A stretch of DNA of 64,000 nt from Octopus bimaculoides (taxonomy: Eukaryota), in assembly GCF_001194135.2 (NCBI RefSeq), contig NC_068981.1:3279262-3343261 (forward strand), given 5' to 3'. Both the position numbers and the translations under genes were made by a program. Below are positions 63,797 to 64,000 of the stretch, piece after piece. The notes below the pieces were generated by a model. It saw nothing but the letters and a program-made list of their open reading frames with translations. It searched no databases and was not told the DNA's origin. Positions within the stretch are counted from its first letter, which is position 1. The number at the start of each line of letters is the position of its first letter.

Positions 63797-64000
63797 TTCA
63801 TCATCATCATCATCATCGTTTAACGTCCGCCTTCCATGCTAGCATGGGTTGGACGATTTGACTGAGGACTGGTGAAACCGGATGGCAACACCAGGCTCCA
63901 GTCTGATTTGGCAGAGTTTCTACAGCTGGATGCCCTTCCTAACGCCAACCACTCAGAGAGTGTAGTGGGTGCTTTTACGTGTCACCCGCACAAAAACGGC
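63797..64000 (-). mobile_element. RTE LINE 3' end (runs off the window), inserted into the hammerhead SINE
   Basis: (CAT)n CGTTTAACGTCCGC... matches 20546 and 50053. Confidence 0.85.

Noticed and set aside
63859-63885. CTGAGGA...GAAA in the RTE 3' tail
   Set aside because: Only 5 nt lie between the motifs, so helix II cannot form, and the GAAA is absent in sister copies.

Overview
AT-rich, repeat-dense animal genomic DNA. The SINE, RTE-LINE and microsatellite landscape looks octopus-like to me; this is inference from recalled repeat families and was not searched. There is one protein-coding gene, a spliced minus-strand NR5-family nuclear receptor, best matching HR39/NR5B rather than FTZ-F1/NR5A. 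I reconstructed five coding exons with GT-AG sites and consistent phases: complement(join(2386..2663,6106..6358,8558..9000,10676..10855,16445..17339)), 2049 nt, 682 aa from the first in-exon ATG. A candidate non-coding first exon and promoter lies near 37055-37800. The rest of the window is introns and intergenic DNA filled with tRNA-headed SINEs, 5'-truncated RTE LINEs, a decayed Ty3/gypsy element, a Helitron-type element, piggyBac-type and Tc1/mariner-type MITEs, long hairpins, microsatellites and four N gaps. The most striking signal is a tRNA-headed SINE-like family (four copies here) whose body encodes a minimal type I hammerhead ribozyme with a palindromic helix III. One copy has an inverted partial 3' copy at its 5' end. 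Both traits are known from Penelope-like elements, which suggests a Penelope-mobilised, ribozyme-bearing SINE. All coordinates were read by eye, so repeat boundaries may be off by several bases.
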